Made by a program: the position numbers and the translations under genes. The notes below the pieces were generated by a model. It searched no databases and was not told the origin of the DNA. It was given only the letters and a program-made list of their open reading frames with translations. From NCBI GenBank assembly GCA_037189525.1, contig JBBCJC010000002.1, forward strand, positions 1,152,001 through 1,216,000: a stretch of 64,000 nucleotides of DNA, written 5' to 3'. The stretch comes from Gemmatimonadales bacterium. GTDB lineage: Bacteria > Gemmatimonadota > Gemmatimonadetes > Gemmatimonadales > GWC2-71-9. Shown one piece after another: positions 19,921 through 30,718 of this stretch; position 1 is the first letter of the stretch, and each line of letters opens with the position of its first letter.

Positions 19921-22053
19921 TTAGTGACGGTCGGTGCGTCGTTCCAATTGCCCTTCGATCAGTCGTTCGAGCAATTGCGCAACCAGCCGACCCGTTCGTC
20001 CCCGCAAACGATCCCGCCATTCTTCGACGCCACGGTTCCAGTCGGGCAGTGGGATCGGTGCATCGACGCACTCGCTGGCCGGAGCGGTCCCTTCCAGAAA
20101 CACTTCTTCGCCGGTGCAGTTCCAACTCCAGTCGCCGGCGATCCGCGCCACCTCGATCCCATCCGGTACCTGGAATCGGCCGGGAGCCGTGTTGGCGCGC
20201 TCCAGGAAGCGTGACACGATCGGCAGCGCGGCATCGGCGCCGGTGAGACGGAGACTCCGGCCGTCGTCATATCCCATCCAGGCTCCCACGACGAGCGTCG
20301 GCGAATAGGCGACGAACCAGGCATCCCGCCAATTGTTCGAGGTGCCCGTTTTGCCCGCCATACGTCCGTACCGATCGCTGGCGCCGAGGGCTCGCGCCGT
20401 GCCCCGTTCGACCGCGCCGGTCAAGGCAGAGGTGATCAGATACGCCTCGGCCGGGGCGACCACGCTCGCGATCTCCGGCGGGCCGCCATCGGGATGCTCC
20501 GCGCCGAGCCGGGCCGCACCCAGCAGCGTCCGGCTGGAAGCAAGCTGGCCGCCGGTGGCAAAGACGCCGTAGGCGCGGACCAGTTCGAGCAGGCTGATCT
20601 CCGAGGAACCGAGGGCCAGGCTCGGCACCGGCGCCAGCGGGCTGGTAATGCCCAGCTGGCGCGCGGTCGCCGCGATCCGCTCGGGACCGACCGCCAGTCC
20701 GATCCGGACGAAGGGGATGTTGAGCGATTGCTCGAGCGCCTGCCGCATCGTGACCGCGCCGCGAAAAGTGCCGTCGTAGTTGGCCGGCTCCCAGGGGCCC
20801 GATCCGGTGGTGACGCGGATCGGCTCGTCGTCGATGCGCGATGCCAGGGTAAAGGCGGGTTGTTCCGCGCCGGAGCGCCTGAGCGCAGCGAGCGCCACGA
20901 TCGGTTTGAAAGTGCTGCCCGGCTGCCGCCGCGCATCGACCGCGCGGTTGAATTGCGAGGTGCCGTAGTCGCGCCCGCCCACCATGGCGAGGATGTCGCC
21001 GCTTCGGGGGTCGATGGCAATCAACGCGGCCTGGACGTCCGGCGCGCGGAAACGGGTCAGGCCGTCGCGCACGGCGCCGAGCGCGGCGCGTTGGAGATCG
21101 GGGTCGAGAGTGGTATAAACCGCCACGCCACGGGGCGCGACCTTGCCCGGCAAGCTGCGAACGGTGTGGTCCCGGAAGTGGCGGGCATCGATGCGGGTGG
21201 CCGGATAGGCCCGCGTAGCCACCCGGCTCCGCCGCGCCGTCGCGGCGCGCTCGCTGCTGATCCGATCCTGTTCGACCATCAGACCGAGAACCAGATTGCG
21301 CCGGCGCCGCGCCAGCTCCGCATTCCGGGTCGGCGCCAGCCGATTCGGCGCATGGATCATGGCCGCGAGCAAAGCGCTCTCGGCCAGCGAGAGTTTCCGG
21401 ACGTCCTTGCCGAAGTAGTAGCGCGCCGCGGCGCCGACCCCGTGCATGGCGCGGCCGCGGTCCTGGCCGAGATAGATCTCGTTCAGGTAGGCGCCGAGGA
21501 TGGTGGCTTTGTCGTAGCGCAGCTCGAGCGCGATGGCCATCGCGGCTTCGCGCGCTTTGCGGAGCGGGGTCCGTTCCGCCGACAGGAACAGGTTCTTGGC
21601 CAGCTGCTGGGTGATGGTGCTGCCGCCCTGCGCGATCTGTCCGGCCTTGACGTTGGCGACCAGCGCGCCGCCGATCCGGCGGAAGTCGAGCCCGTGATGG
21701 CCGTGGAATCGCTGGTCTTCGATGGCGAGCACCGCGTCGACCAGATGGCGGGGCAGTTGGTCGAGTGCGACCGGCTGCCGAATCTCGTCGGGGGCGTTGC
21801 CGACGGGGGCTATCAGCGTTGGGTTCGGCCGGCCCTCGGAACCGCGCCACGCATGTGGGCGGCTGTAGAGCCCCGAAGGGAGCCGGGCCGACGGAGGCTC
21901 CAGCCGGGCCCGGATGGCGGCCTCGACGGCAATCAGTGTGGTGGCTACGACCGTGGTCGCTATCGCGACCCGTACCAACAACTTGCGGCTGATGCGGGCG
22001 CGGACCCAGGTGAGTCCCGCGCGCAGCCGAGTCCGGATTTCCTGCCAGGACAT
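19921..22053 (-). CDS. Class A penicillin-binding protein (transglycosylase/transpeptidase)
   Basis: EDQRF..HHG, GGSTITQQLAKN, RKARE, then STFK (SxxK), SLN and KTGT motifs. Confidence 0.95.
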   Translation of the reverse strand: MSWQEIRTRLRAGLTWVRARISRKLLVRVAIATTVVATTLIAVEAAIRARLEPPSARLPSGLYSRPHAWRGSEGRPNPTLIAPVGNAPDEIRQPVALDQLPRHLVDAVLAIEDQRFHGHHGLDFRRIGGALVANVKAGQIAQGGSTITQQLAKNLFLSAERTPLRKAREAAMAIALELRYDKATILGAYLNEIYLGQDRGRAMHGVGAAARYYFGKDVRKLSLAESALLAAMIHAPNRLAPTRNAELARRRRNLVLGLMVEQDRISSERAATARRSRVATRAYPATRIDARHFRDHTVRSLPGKVAPRGVAVYTTLDPDLQRAALGAVRDGLTRFRAPDVQAALIAIDPRSGDILAMVGGRDYGTSQFNRAVDARRQPGSTFKPIVALAALRRSGAEQPAFTLASRIDDEPIRVTTGSGPWEPANYDGTFRGAVTMRQALEQSLNIPFVRIGLAVGPERIAATARQLGITSPLAPVPSLALGSSEISLLELVRAYGVFATGGQLASSRTLLGAARLGAEHPDGGPPEIASVVAPAEAYLITSALTGAVERGTARALGASDRYGRMAGKTGTSNNWRDAWFVAYSPTLVVGAWMGYDDGRSLRLTGADAALPIVSRFLERANTAPGRFQVPDGIEVARIAGDWSWNCTGEEVFLEGTAPASECVDAPIPLPDWNRGVEEWRDRLRGRTGRLVAQLLERLIEGQLERRTDRH

Positions 22054-22084
22054 GGGCGGCCCTCCAATGGTCGTAGATCCATTG

Positions 22085-22111
22085 GACGCACGAAACGCTC
22101 AAATGGTTTCA
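22085..22111 (-). promoter_or_regulatory. ECF sigma-type promoter upstream of the PBP gene
   Basis: Minus strand TGAAAC-N17-CGTC, about 30 nt before the ATG. Confidence 0.55.
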
Positions 22112-22158
22112 TGCTGGAACGATTTGCCGGTGCAGGGGGCTTGTCGTGGCCCGGCTGA

Positions 22159-23109
22159 TCAGTGGTTCTGGTGGTCCTGGTGTGCGCCGGGGGCCTCGGC
22201 TCGGCTCAGCTCGAGTTCCGTGGCCGGTCCTTCGGCATGGCCGAAGGGGAGCAGGTGATCCACCCCCATGGCGACGAAGAGCAGGGCTAGGTACAGCAGC
22301 GAATAGCGGTACATCTTCCAGGCGGTCGGGGTGACCCCCTGTTCACGCAGCAGCTGGACGCAGTACCAGACCAGTCGGCCGCCCAGCGCCAGCGCAATCA
22401 CGCCGTAGACGGCGCCCTGGGTGCCGGCCAGGGTCGGCAGGATGGTCAGCGGGAGCAGCAGCAGGGTGTAGCCCAGCATCTGCCGCTTGGTATGCCGCTC
22501 TCCCCGGACCACGGGCAGCATCGGAACCCCGACGGTCGCGTAGTCCTTGCTCTTAACCAGGGCCAGCGCCCAGAAGTGGGGCGGGGTCCAGTAGAACACG
22601 ATCGCAAAGAGGATGATGGCGCCGAGATCGATCGAGCCGGTCATGGCGGCCCACCCGACCAGGGGCGGAAAGGCGCCGGCCGCGCCGCCGATCACGATGT
22701 TCTGCGGGGTATTCCGCTTGAGCCAGACGGTGTAGATGAAGACGTAGAACAGGAAACCGGCCAGCGCCAGCCAGGCCGACATCGGGTTCACCAGATTCCA
22801 GAACAGCACAAAAGCCACGACGCCCAGCGCGATCCCGAAGAAGAGGGCCGCCCCGGCCGGGATCCGCCCCGAGGGGATCGGTCGCGCCTTGGTGCGGGTC
22901 ATTTTGACGTCGATGTCCCGGTCGAACCACATGTTCACCGCGTTGGCCCCGCCAGCCATCAGATAACCGGCCAGGCTGACCCAGAGGACCAGTTCCAATG
23001 ACGGTAAGCCATTGGGGGTGATGAACATCGGAGCGATAGTGGTGACCAGGAGCAACGAAATGATGCGCGGCTTGGTCAGCGCCACCAGGTCCCGGAGGAG
23101 GCTCGTCAA
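22159..23109 (-). CDS. cyoE: Protoheme IX farnesyltransferase (heme o synthase)
   Basis: LTKPRI, DRDID.KM.RT..RPIPSG, LKRNTPQNIVIGG, WTPPHFWAL; probable TTG start at 23109. Confidence 0.95.
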   Translation of the reverse strand: MTSLLRDLVALTKPRIISLLLVTTIAPMFITPNGLPSLELVLWVSLAGYLMAGGANAVNMWFDRDIDVKMTRTKARPIPSGRIPAGAALFFGIALGVVAFVLFWNLVNPMSAWLALAGFLFYVFIYTVWLKRNTPQNIVIGGAAGAFPPLVGWAAMTGSIDLGAIILFAIVFYWTPPHFWALALVKSKDYATVGVPMLPVVRGERHTKRQMLGYTLLLLPLTILPTLAGTQGAVYGVIALALGGRLVWYCVQLLREQGVTPTAWKMYRYSLLYLALLFVAMGVDHLLPFGHAEGPATELELSRAEAPGAHQDHQNH

Positions 23110-23228
23110 GGCGTGGGTCGTTCCAGATTGAAAGCAAAGACTGTCATCTATTCCAACCTCGAAATATACTCTATCCGGCCCTCCGAGACATCGTCTCGTC
23201 TGATTCCCCCAAAACATGACGATCCCCT

Positions 23229-24557
23229 ATGGCTACCGTGGTTTCCGAACGCCTGCCTCGTACCATCGGTTTGTTCTCGGCCGTTGCCATCATCGTTGGC
23301 ACGACCATCGGTTCCGGGATCTTTCGGGTTCCGGCGTCCGTCGCGGCGCAGTTGGGTGAACCGGGGCCGGTGCTGCTGGCCTGGGTCCTGGGCGGGGTGC
23401 TGGCGCTGTTCGGCGCGCTGACCCTGGCAGAGCTGGCGGCCATGTTCCCCCGATCGGGCGGCGTCTTTGCCTATATCGAAGAGGGACTCGGCCGGATGCC
23501 GGCGTTTCTGTTCGGATGGTCGCAGCTGGCGGTGATCCGCGCGTCTGCACTCGGGGGAATCTCCACCATCTTTGCCGAGTATCTCGGGTACTTCCTCAAG
23601 TTCACGCCGAGCCAGGTTCGCTACGTCGCGGCGGGGACCATCCTGTTCGTGGCGCTGGTCAACTATCTGAGCACCACGGCTGCGGCCAAGGTCGTCAGCA
23701 ATTTCATGGTGGCCAAGTACGTGGCGATGGTGGCGTTGATCATACTGGCGTTCACGGCGGGCGACGGCAGCTTCAGTCACTTCAGCGGAACCGGATCGAC
23801 CGCGTTCAGCATGTCGATGGTGGCTTCTGCGCTGGTCTCGATCATGTGGGCCTATGACGGATGGGCCGACCTGTCGTACATCGGCGGCGAGATCAAAAAT
23901 CCCGGACGCAACATTCCGCTCGCGCTCGTCATCGGCACGGTGATGATCATCGTGATGTACCTGTTGATGAACGCGGCGTACATCTATCTCGTGCCGGTGC
24001 CGGAGATGGCTGGTGAGCGGCTGATTGCCTCGACGGCGGCATCGCGTATCCCGCTCCTTGGCGGCGCAGGGGCCGGCATCATCGCCGCAGTCGTGATGAT
24101 TTCCTGCTTCGGCAGTCTCAACGGTTCGATGCTCACCAACCCGCGCGTTTTCTTCGCGATGGCCGATCGCGGGCTCTTCTTCAAAGGCGTGGCGCGGGTG
24201 TCGCCCACGCGACAGACGCCCTCGGTGGCGATCTGGCTGGCTGCGATCCTCGGATGCATCTACGTCCTGCTCAACGACTTTCAGCAGCTGGCGGATCGCT
24301 TCGTGCTGGGGATCTGGCCGTTCTATATCATGGCGATCCTCTCCGTCTTCATCCTCAGGAAGCGGTCGCCGGACGCCGAGCGGCCGTACAAGACGTTCGG
24401 CTATCCGGTGGTGCCGATCATCTTTTTGCTGGCGGCAACGGGCATGGTCATTAACGCGTTCGTGACCGATCCGTTCAACACCGGGGTGACCTTTGCCATC
24501 ATCGGTGCGGGGTTGCCGGTGTACTACTTCGGTTTCCGGAACCGCTCCGCTTCCTGA
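23229..24557 (+). CDS. APC family amino acid permease (LAT/SteT-like)
   Basis: IGSGIF, AELAAMFPRSGG, WAYDGW, EIKNPGRN, RPYKTFGYP. Confidence 0.93.
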   Translation: MATVVSERLPRTIGLFSAVAIIVGTTIGSGIFRVPASVAAQLGEPGPVLLAWVLGGVLALFGALTLAELAAMFPRSGGVFAYIEEGLGRMPAFLFGWSQLAVIRASALGGISTIFAEYLGYFLKFTPSQVRYVAAGTILFVALVNYLSTTAAAKVVSNFMVAKYVAMVALIILAFTAGDGSFSHFSGTGSTAFSMSMVASALVSIMWAYDGWADLSYIGGEIKNPGRNIPLALVIGTVMIIVMYLLMNAAYIYLVPVPEMAGERLIASTAASRIPLLGGAGAGIIAAVVMISCFGSLNGSMLTNPRVFFAMADRGLFFKGVARVSPTRQTPSVAIWLAAILGCIYVLLNDFQQLADRFVLGIWPFYIMAILSVFILRKRSPDAERPYKTFGYPVVPIIFLLAATGMVINAFVTDPFNTGVTFAIIGAGLPVYYFGFRNRSAS

Positions 24558-24598
24558 GCAGGATCGGTCGGGAGAAATCCCGTCGTCCGTTCGATCCG

Positions 24599-24632
24599 TA
24601 CGCCGGGCGTCGCTGATGCGATGCCCGGCGTA
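24599..24632. terminator. Strong hairpin after the permease (terminator-like)
   Basis: TACGCCGGGCGTCGC-TGAT-GCGATGCCCGGCGTA, 15-bp stem with one G-U pair, followed by TTGTT. Confidence 0.55.
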
Positions 24633-24750
24633 TTGTTGCCGAACCGATACTGGCCTCGCTTGACCGCATCCGGGCTGATCGCGATGTTTGTCCGCGCCTG
24701 GGCACCGTCCTGGTCCCTAGTCCATCGATACCTTGTATGCGGAGTAACTG

Positions 24751-27700
24751 ATGCGGTCGTTGCGGAGGCTTAGCAGCTATCTCGTTGTAACCATTCTAGT
24801 TAGCATATTTCCAACGGGCGCTGCCTGGGCGCAGGGTCCGACCAGCGCCGCGCTCACCGGGGTGATCACCCGGGAGGGAGGGCAGCCGGTCGAGGCCGCC
24901 AATGTCTCTCTCACCAACACCAGCACCGGGGCCCGGTTGGCGACGACCACGCGCGCCAACGGGCGGTACAACTTCGAGAACGTGCCGCCGGGCGGACCGT
25001 ATACCATTGACGTCCGTGGTATCGGGTTCCAGCCGGCCACCAAGACCGGGATCCGGCTGACTCTCGGTCAGCGCCAGGTCGAAGACTTCGAACTGCAGCA
25101 GCAGGTCGTAGTCCTCGAGGAACTGGCCGTGACGGCGGCGACGAACCCGCTCATCAATACCGGACGTACCGGCGCCGCGCAGACGGTTTCGGGCGAAACG
25201 ATCCGGCGGATGCCGAGTTTGGGTCGGAACTTCACCGATCTGATCCGGACCAGCCCGCAAGTGCTGCTCGGTTCGTCGGTTGGTGGGCAGAATGGCCGCT
25301 TCAATGCGATCCAGATCGACGGCGGCGTCAACAACGACATCTTTGGTCTGGCGTCGAGCGGCACCCCGGGTGGTTCGGCGGGCGCCAAGCCGATCTCGCT
25401 CGAGGCGATTCAGGAGTACCAGGTGCTGGTGGCGCCGTTCGACGTGCGCCAGGGCAGCTTCTCCGGCGGTCTGGTCAACGGCATTACCCGCTCGGGCACC
25501 AACGAGTTCCACGGTTCGGTCTTCGGCTACCTTCAGCGCCCCGACCTAGTCGGTAAGGACACCGCCGGCGTCAAGATTTCCGAGTTCGATATCAAACAGT
25601 ACGGTGCCACGTTCGGCGGACCGATCATTCGCGACCGGCTCCACTTCTTCCTGAGTGCCGATCTCCAGACCTCGACCACGCCGTTCGTCGGCCTGGAGGC
25701 CGATGATCCGGAGACGGGTATCACCTCCACGGTGGCCAACCGAGTCCGCCAGATTCTCCAGGATCGCTACGGCTTCGACCCGGGTGGGATCGAAGCGCCG
25801 CAGAACCTGAACCAGCCGGACAAGAATTTCTTCGGCAAGCTGAACGCGCAGCTCGGCGGCGGCTCGCAGCTCGAACTGTCGTACAACTACACCCAGGCCA
25901 GCCGCGACAACTTCATCCGCGGCACCCGTAACCTGGCGGATCGGGACGGCTGGCAGTTGTCCAACAGCGGCTACCAGATCGCCAACAAGACCCACTCGGT
26001 TCGATCCAAGTTCTCGACGGTCATCGGTCGCGCCAGCCTCGAGCTGCTTGCCGGGTACCAGCGGGTCCGGGATGCGCGCGAAATCGCGAACCAGACGCCG
26101 CTCATCATGGTGCAGGATGCCGTCGGGTCCTATCTGGCCGCGGGCGGCGAGCGGTTCTCGCACGGTAACGAACTCGATCAGGACATTTTCGAACTTACGG
26201 GCAACCTGACCTTCGATGTCGGGAGCAATCACCAGATCACGATCGGTACGCATAACGAGTTCTTCAGCTTCCGGAACCTGTTTGCGAACAACCGCTTCGG
26301 TACCTGGACCTTCGGTAGCGTCGACTCGCTCGACCAGGGCCTGGCCCGGCGGTACGAGATTGCGCTCGAAACCCGGCCCGGCGGCTTTACCGCCGACTTC
26401 GGCGTCCGTCAGCTGGGCGGCTATGTGCAGGACACCTGGCGCCCGACCCGTGACCTGACGCTCACCACCGGCATTCGCTTCGATGTGCCGTTCAGCGACA
26501 AGCCGTTCCAGAACGACAACCCGGCCCTGCTGGCGCTCGGCGTCAACACCGGCCAGTTCCCGTCGGGCAACGTGCTGCTGTCCCCGCGTTTCGGTTTCAA
26601 CTGGGATATCGGCGGCGAAGCGAACACGGTGGTTCGCGGCGGCGTCGGCCTCTTCTCGGGTCGTCCGCCGTACGTCTGGATGGCCAACGCGTTCACCAAT
26701 ACCGGTCTGGAGCAGGGCACGCTGCGGTGCGACCTGACGCCGACGAGCGGCAACGGCCTGACGCCGCCGACGTTTACCGTCGACGTCAACAACATGCCGT
26801 CGGCGTGCGCGACGGGTGGCAGCGCGGCGGCGTCGACGCCGACGATCAATTACTTCGAAGAGAATTTCAAGTTCCAGCAGGCGCTCAAGTTCGCCGTGGG
26901 TGTCGACAAGCAGCTGGGTAACGGGTTCGTCGCCACCGTCGACCTCATCCACACCCGGGCCCGGAACCAGATGTACCAGACGGACGACAACGTCACGCTT
27001 GGTGAGGTGAACGGTGAAGGCCGTCAGCTCTATGCCGCGCCGAACCCGGCGGGCACGGCGCTGGTCCGGCTCCGGCCGACCACCGCGCTGGCGCAGGTGG
27101 TCCGGCACACCAACCGGAATGCCGACAAGTCGACCATGGCCACCGTCCAGCTCCAGAAGTCGTTTGCCAACGGGATCGGCTTCTCGGCGGCGTATACCCG
27201 CGCCAAGACGGAAGACCTGATGAGCCTGGGCTCGAGCGTCGCCACCTCGAACCTGCGGAACACCGCGCTCGACGGTACGCTCGAAAACCGGAACCTGCGG
27301 CTCGCGGCCTATGACGTGCCGCACAAGATTACGTTGAGCGGCACGGCCATTCTTCCGCTCGAAATCGAGCTGTCGGCGATTTACACCGCGCGTGCCGGCA
27401 CGCCGTACGCCTATGTCTACAGCAACGACGCCAACGGTGACGGCAACTCGTCCAACGACCTGTTCTACGTCCCGCGCGACGCCAACGATATCTCGCTCAG
27501 CAACCCGACGGCGTGGACTCGGCTCGACGACTTCATCAGCAGTGAAAAGTGTCTGGATGAGCAGCGGGGCCAGATCATGGAGCGGAACTCCTGCCGTAAT
27601 CCGTGGGTCAAGTTCCTCGACATTCGCCTGGCCAAGCCGTTCCGGACGCTGAGCGGCCAGTCCCTCGTCCTCGGAGTCGACTTCTTCAATTTCCTCAACC

Positions 27701-27915
27701 TGGTCAATAAGAACTGGGGCATCAATCGCGAAACCTCCCAGTTCGAACAGATCAGCAGCTTCCTGACGATGTCGGGCTACGACACCCGCGGCACGGCCTC
27801 GCAGAGCGATGACCGGGGCGTGTACACGGTGCCGAACGCGATGCCGTCGCTCGAGCGCGCGCAGATCAACAGCTCGCGCTGGCGGATTCAGGTGGGAGCG
27901 AAGTACCTCTTCTAG
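24751..27915 (+). CDS. TonB-dependent receptor, Oar-like, with N-terminal carboxypeptidase-regulatory domain
   Basis: Signal peptide AWA|Q; plug GRNFTDL, ISLEAIQEYQV, ITRSGTNEFHGS; C-terminal IQVGAKYLF. Confidence 0.92.
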   Translation: MRSLRRLSSYLVVTILVSIFPTGAAWAQGPTSAALTGVITREGGQPVEAANVSLTNTSTGARLATTTRANGRYNFENVPPGGPYTIDVRGIGFQPATKTGIRLTLGQRQVEDFELQQQVVVLEELAVTAATNPLINTGRTGAAQTVSGETIRRMPSLGRNFTDLIRTSPQVLLGSSVGGQNGRFNAIQIDGGVNNDIFGLASSGTPGGSAGAKPISLEAIQEYQVLVAPFDVRQGSFSGGLVNGITRSGTNEFHGSVFGYLQRPDLVGKDTAGVKISEFDIKQYGATFGGPIIRDRLHFFLSADLQTSTTPFVGLEADDPETGITSTVANRVRQILQDRYGFDPGGIEAPQNLNQPDKNFFGKLNAQLGGGSQLELSYNYTQASRDNFIRGTRNLADRDGWQLSNSGYQIANKTHSVRSKFSTVIGRASLELLAGYQRVRDAREIANQTPLIMVQDAVGSYLAAGGERFSHGNELDQDIFELTGNLTFDVGSNHQITIGTHNEFFSFRNLFANNRFGTWTFGSVDSLDQGLARRYEIALETRPGGFTADFGVRQLGGYVQDTWRPTRDLTLTTGIRFDVPFSDKPFQNDNPALLALGVNTGQFPSGNVLLSPRFGFNWDIGGEANTVVRGGVGLFSGRPPYVWMANAFTNTGLEQGTLRCDLTPTSGNGLTPPTFTVDVNNMPSACATGGSAAASTPTINYFEENFKFQQALKFAVGVDKQLGNGFVATVDLIHTRARNQMYQTDDNVTLGEVNGEGRQLYAAPNPAGTALVRLRPTTALAQVVRHTNRNADKSTMATVQLQKSFANGIGFSAAYTRAKTEDLMSLGSSVATSNLRNTALDGTLENRNLRLAAYDVPHKITLSGTAILPLEIELSAIYTARAGTPYAYVYSNDANGDGNSSNDLFYVPRDANDISLSNPTAWTRLDDFISSEKCLDEQRGQIMERNSCRNPWVKFLDIRLAKPFRTLSGQSLVLGVDFFNFLNLVNKNWGINRETSQFEQISSFLTMSGYDTRGTASQSDDRGVYTVPNAMPSLERAQINSSRWRIQVGAKYLF

Positions 27916-27935
27916 TCTGAAGCCAGGCTGGGCTC

Positions 27936-27980
27936 AACGAAGACGGGGGTGGGACATCATGTCCCACCCCCGTCTTCGTT
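27936..27980. terminator. Bidirectional intrinsic terminator
   Basis: Perfect 21-bp inverted repeat with 3-nt loop between convergent genes. Confidence 0.85.
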
Positions 27981-28088
27981 TGCTGCAGGGACCGAGGCCA
28001 TCGAGAGGCGATCGACCGTCAAGGCGGCACTCTTCTGTCGCTGCTCTCTGCGCAGGACGCCCCTCTCTCGCCTCGGAGTTCCTCCTGG

Positions 28089-29174
28089 TCAGGTCCGCAC
28101 ACGAGAAAAGAGCCAGAGGCCGAGCACCAGGAAGAACGCGTTAGGCAGCCAGGCCGACAGGGTGGGAGAGATCACCCCGGTGGCGCCGACCGCCTTGGCG
28201 AGGTTGATCAGCAGGAGATAGACGACCGTGGTGCCCAGGCTCGCCGCGATGCCCCACGCCGCGCCGGCGCGCGGGTTACTCATGGCGAGCGGCGCGCCGA
28301 ACAACGCGATCACCAGGCACGCCGCCGGAAGGGCCAGCTTCACGGCGAGGTCGACCTCGAGCTTCTTGGTGTCGTTGCCGGAGCGGGCCAGTGTGGTGAT
28401 GAAGCCGGCCAGCTCCCGGTACGTCATCTCTTCCGGCCGCTTGGGCTCACTCAGGAGCGAGGTCGGATGCTCGTTGAGCGTGGACATTTCCAGCGTGGCA
28501 AACTGCGCGGTCAGCCGGGCGCTGGAGTCGCCCAGGATGTGGAGCATGCCATTTTCGAGGCGCCACCGGCTGGTCGAATCGGACCATTTTGCGCTGTCGG
28601 CCGTGATGGACATGTTGGGATAATCTTCTGCGCGGCCGGCGTGCTCGAGCAGCAGCGTCTGCATCCCATTGTTCTGGGTGTCCAGATAGCGGATCGAGTA
28701 GGTCCAGCCGTTGTCGGCCAGGTAGACGAAGTCGTAGCGCGTGGTCTGGTTGCGGTTGGTGCGCTCCCGTTCCAGCTCGAGCTGCCGCGCCGTCGTTTGC
28801 GGCGCAATCTCCGTGACCCAGAAACAGAAAAGCCCCGCGAGCGCCGAGGCCACCAGGATCGGGAAGACCAGACGATAGAAGCTGATGCCGCCGGCTTTGG
28901 CGGCGGTAATCTCCGAATTGCGCGCCAGCGGTCCGACCGTGAAGACGGTGGCGAACAGAGTCGCGGCCGGAATCATGTTGGCGGTGTTGCCCGGAATCGC
29001 AAACAGGCCGATCTGCGCAATCACGGCGGCGCTCAGGTCGCGATCGAGCAGCCGGTTGAGCCGCTCGGTCAGGTAGACCAGGACCGAAACCACCGGGAGG
29101 CCAAGCCCCGCCAGAAAAAAGATCTTGAGCCACTGGCCCAAGACATACCGGCTCAGACGTCGGATGATGACCAC
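28089..29174 (-). CDS. lptG: LPS export ABC permease LptG-like
   Basis: LARNSEITAAKAGGISFYRL; 3+3 TM with periplasmic domain; AWLPN; tandem with lptF. Confidence 0.85.
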   Translation of the reverse strand: MVIIRRLSRYVLGQWLKIFFLAGLGLPVVSVLVYLTERLNRLLDRDLSAAVIAQIGLFAIPGNTANMIPAATLFATVFTVGPLARNSEITAAKAGGISFYRLVFPILVASALAGLFCFWVTEIAPQTTARQLELERERTNRNQTTRYDFVYLADNGWTYSIRYLDTQNNGMQTLLLEHAGRAEDYPNMSITADSAKWSDSTSRWRLENGMLHILGDSSARLTAQFATLEMSTLNEHPTSLLSEPKRPEEMTYRELAGFITTLARSGNDTKKLEVDLAVKLALPAACLVIALFGAPLAMSNPRAGAAWGIAASLGTTVVYLLLINLAKAVGATGVISPTLSAWLPNAFFLVLGLWLFSRVRT

Positions 29175-29176
29175 GG

Positions 29177-30718
29177 TCAGGCCGCCTTCGGCTTGCGGCG
29201 GAACGGCCGCGTCAGCGTATCGATCAGATCGGCGAAGTCGCCGCCGCGGGTCGATCCGAACTCGCGGTTGACCCGGAAGAGGCCGATCACGCCGATCAGC
29301 AGGACGACGGCATTCGGGGCCCACATGACGAGCGCGGGTTTGACGAAGCCGCGATCGGCCAGCGCCTCGCCGCCGACCAGGCCGACATAGAAGATGGCAA
29401 AGATGGACAGGCCGCCGCCGATGACCAGGCCCATGCCGCCGCGCGGGAAGCGCAGGGCCAGCGCCACGCCGATCAGCACGAAGGTGAGACAGGCTACGCT
29501 GATCGCGTATTTCTTGTGGATCTCGACCTGGAACTTGGCGGAGGAGGTGCGCGCCTGGCGACCATCGTAGATCGCCGACGTCACCTCACCAAGGGTACTG
29601 ACGGCCGGCGGCGCCATCTGATCGGGCACCGGCGGCGCCACCACGCCGGGGCCGGTCGAATCGAATGCCACCGCCGACGTATCCTGGCCCGCCGGAGCGG
29701 TCGAGGGCAGGGGAGGCGGTTGCTGTGCAGTGGCCGTCTGCGGCAGGATGATCCGTCCGATCGCGCGTTCGATCACCCGCCACTGCCCGCAGTGCCGCAC
29801 GGCATCCGGTACCGGTGTCGGGGGCACCAGGGGAAGCTTGAGGCGCATCAGATTGCGAAGGTCCTGGACCCCCAGCATGTACCGCTGATCGTCGGCTACC
29901 AGGGCGCGCCGGTTCGAGAAGCTGACCTGGTCCATCATCTCACAGGTCGTCATCTCGCGGTCGCCGCGATGGAAATTGGAGGTGTCGCGGTCGAACATGT
30001 TCTGGACGTTCTTGACCCGGATCAGATTCCGATCGAAGTAGGTGATCCGGATCTTGGACGGCTCTGCGGTGATGTACTCGTGGACCTTCCCGGTAAAGAG
30101 CGTCAGTGCGAGGTCGACGCCGCGTTCGTCGAAGGCCATCACGCCGCTGTCGGCATAGACCACGCGCCGACCCGCCGTCAGGCTCAAATCGAAGATCTCG
30201 ACGTCGGTGAGCCGTCCGGAGCCGGGATAGACTCGGCTGGCGCGCACGAAGTACGGGGGCAACTGATTGATGGCCTGCTCCCGCATCTGGAAGGCGGGCT
30301 TCTTCTGGCCGATGTCGGTCTGCAGGTTACCGAGTCGCGCGTTGGTCCGGGGCAGGATCTGGTCGACGAAAATGAAACTGATCAGCATCAGCAGCACGCC
30401 GGCAATCAGCGCCGGCCGAAGCATCTGCATCACGCTGAGTCCGCTCGCCCGCATGGCGGTGATTTCGTTGTCGGCGCCGAGTTGGCTGTAGCCGTAGAGC
30501 ACGGCCACCAGGACCGCCATCGGCAGCGTCAGGGCGACGATGAACGGAATGCTCAGGCTCAGTACTTCGACGATGACCTGCCAGGGCAGATCCTTCCCGA
30601 CCAGGTTCCCGAACTGCTTGGCAAGCTGGTTGACCAGGAGGAGGCCGGTGCAGGCCCCGAGCGAAAAAACGAACGGGCCGGCGATCGAACGGAGGATGTG
30701 ACCGCGGAGCAGGCGCAT
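29177..30718 (-). CDS. lptF: LPS export ABC permease LptF-like
   Basis: LGADNEITAMRASGLS, VEIHKKYAIS, MWAPN; enlarged periplasmic insert. Confidence 0.85.
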   Translation of the reverse strand: MRLLRGHILRSIAGPFVFSLGACTGLLLVNQLAKQFGNLVGKDLPWQVIVEVLSLSIPFIVALTLPMAVLVAVLYGYSQLGADNEITAMRASGLSVMQMLRPALIAGVLLMLISFIFVDQILPRTNARLGNLQTDIGQKKPAFQMREQAINQLPPYFVRASRVYPGSGRLTDVEIFDLSLTAGRRVVYADSGVMAFDERGVDLALTLFTGKVHEYITAEPSKIRITYFDRNLIRVKNVQNMFDRDTSNFHRGDREMTTCEMMDQVSFSNRRALVADDQRYMLGVQDLRNLMRLKLPLVPPTPVPDAVRHCGQWRVIERAIGRIILPQTATAQQPPPLPSTAPAGQDTSAVAFDSTGPGVVAPPVPDQMAPPAVSTLGEVTSAIYDGRQARTSSAKFQVEIHKKYAISVACLTFVLIGVALALRFPRGGMGLVIGGGLSIFAIFYVGLVGGEALADRGFVKPALVMWAPNAVVLLIGVIGLFRVNREFGSTRGGDFADLIDTLTRPFRRKPKAA

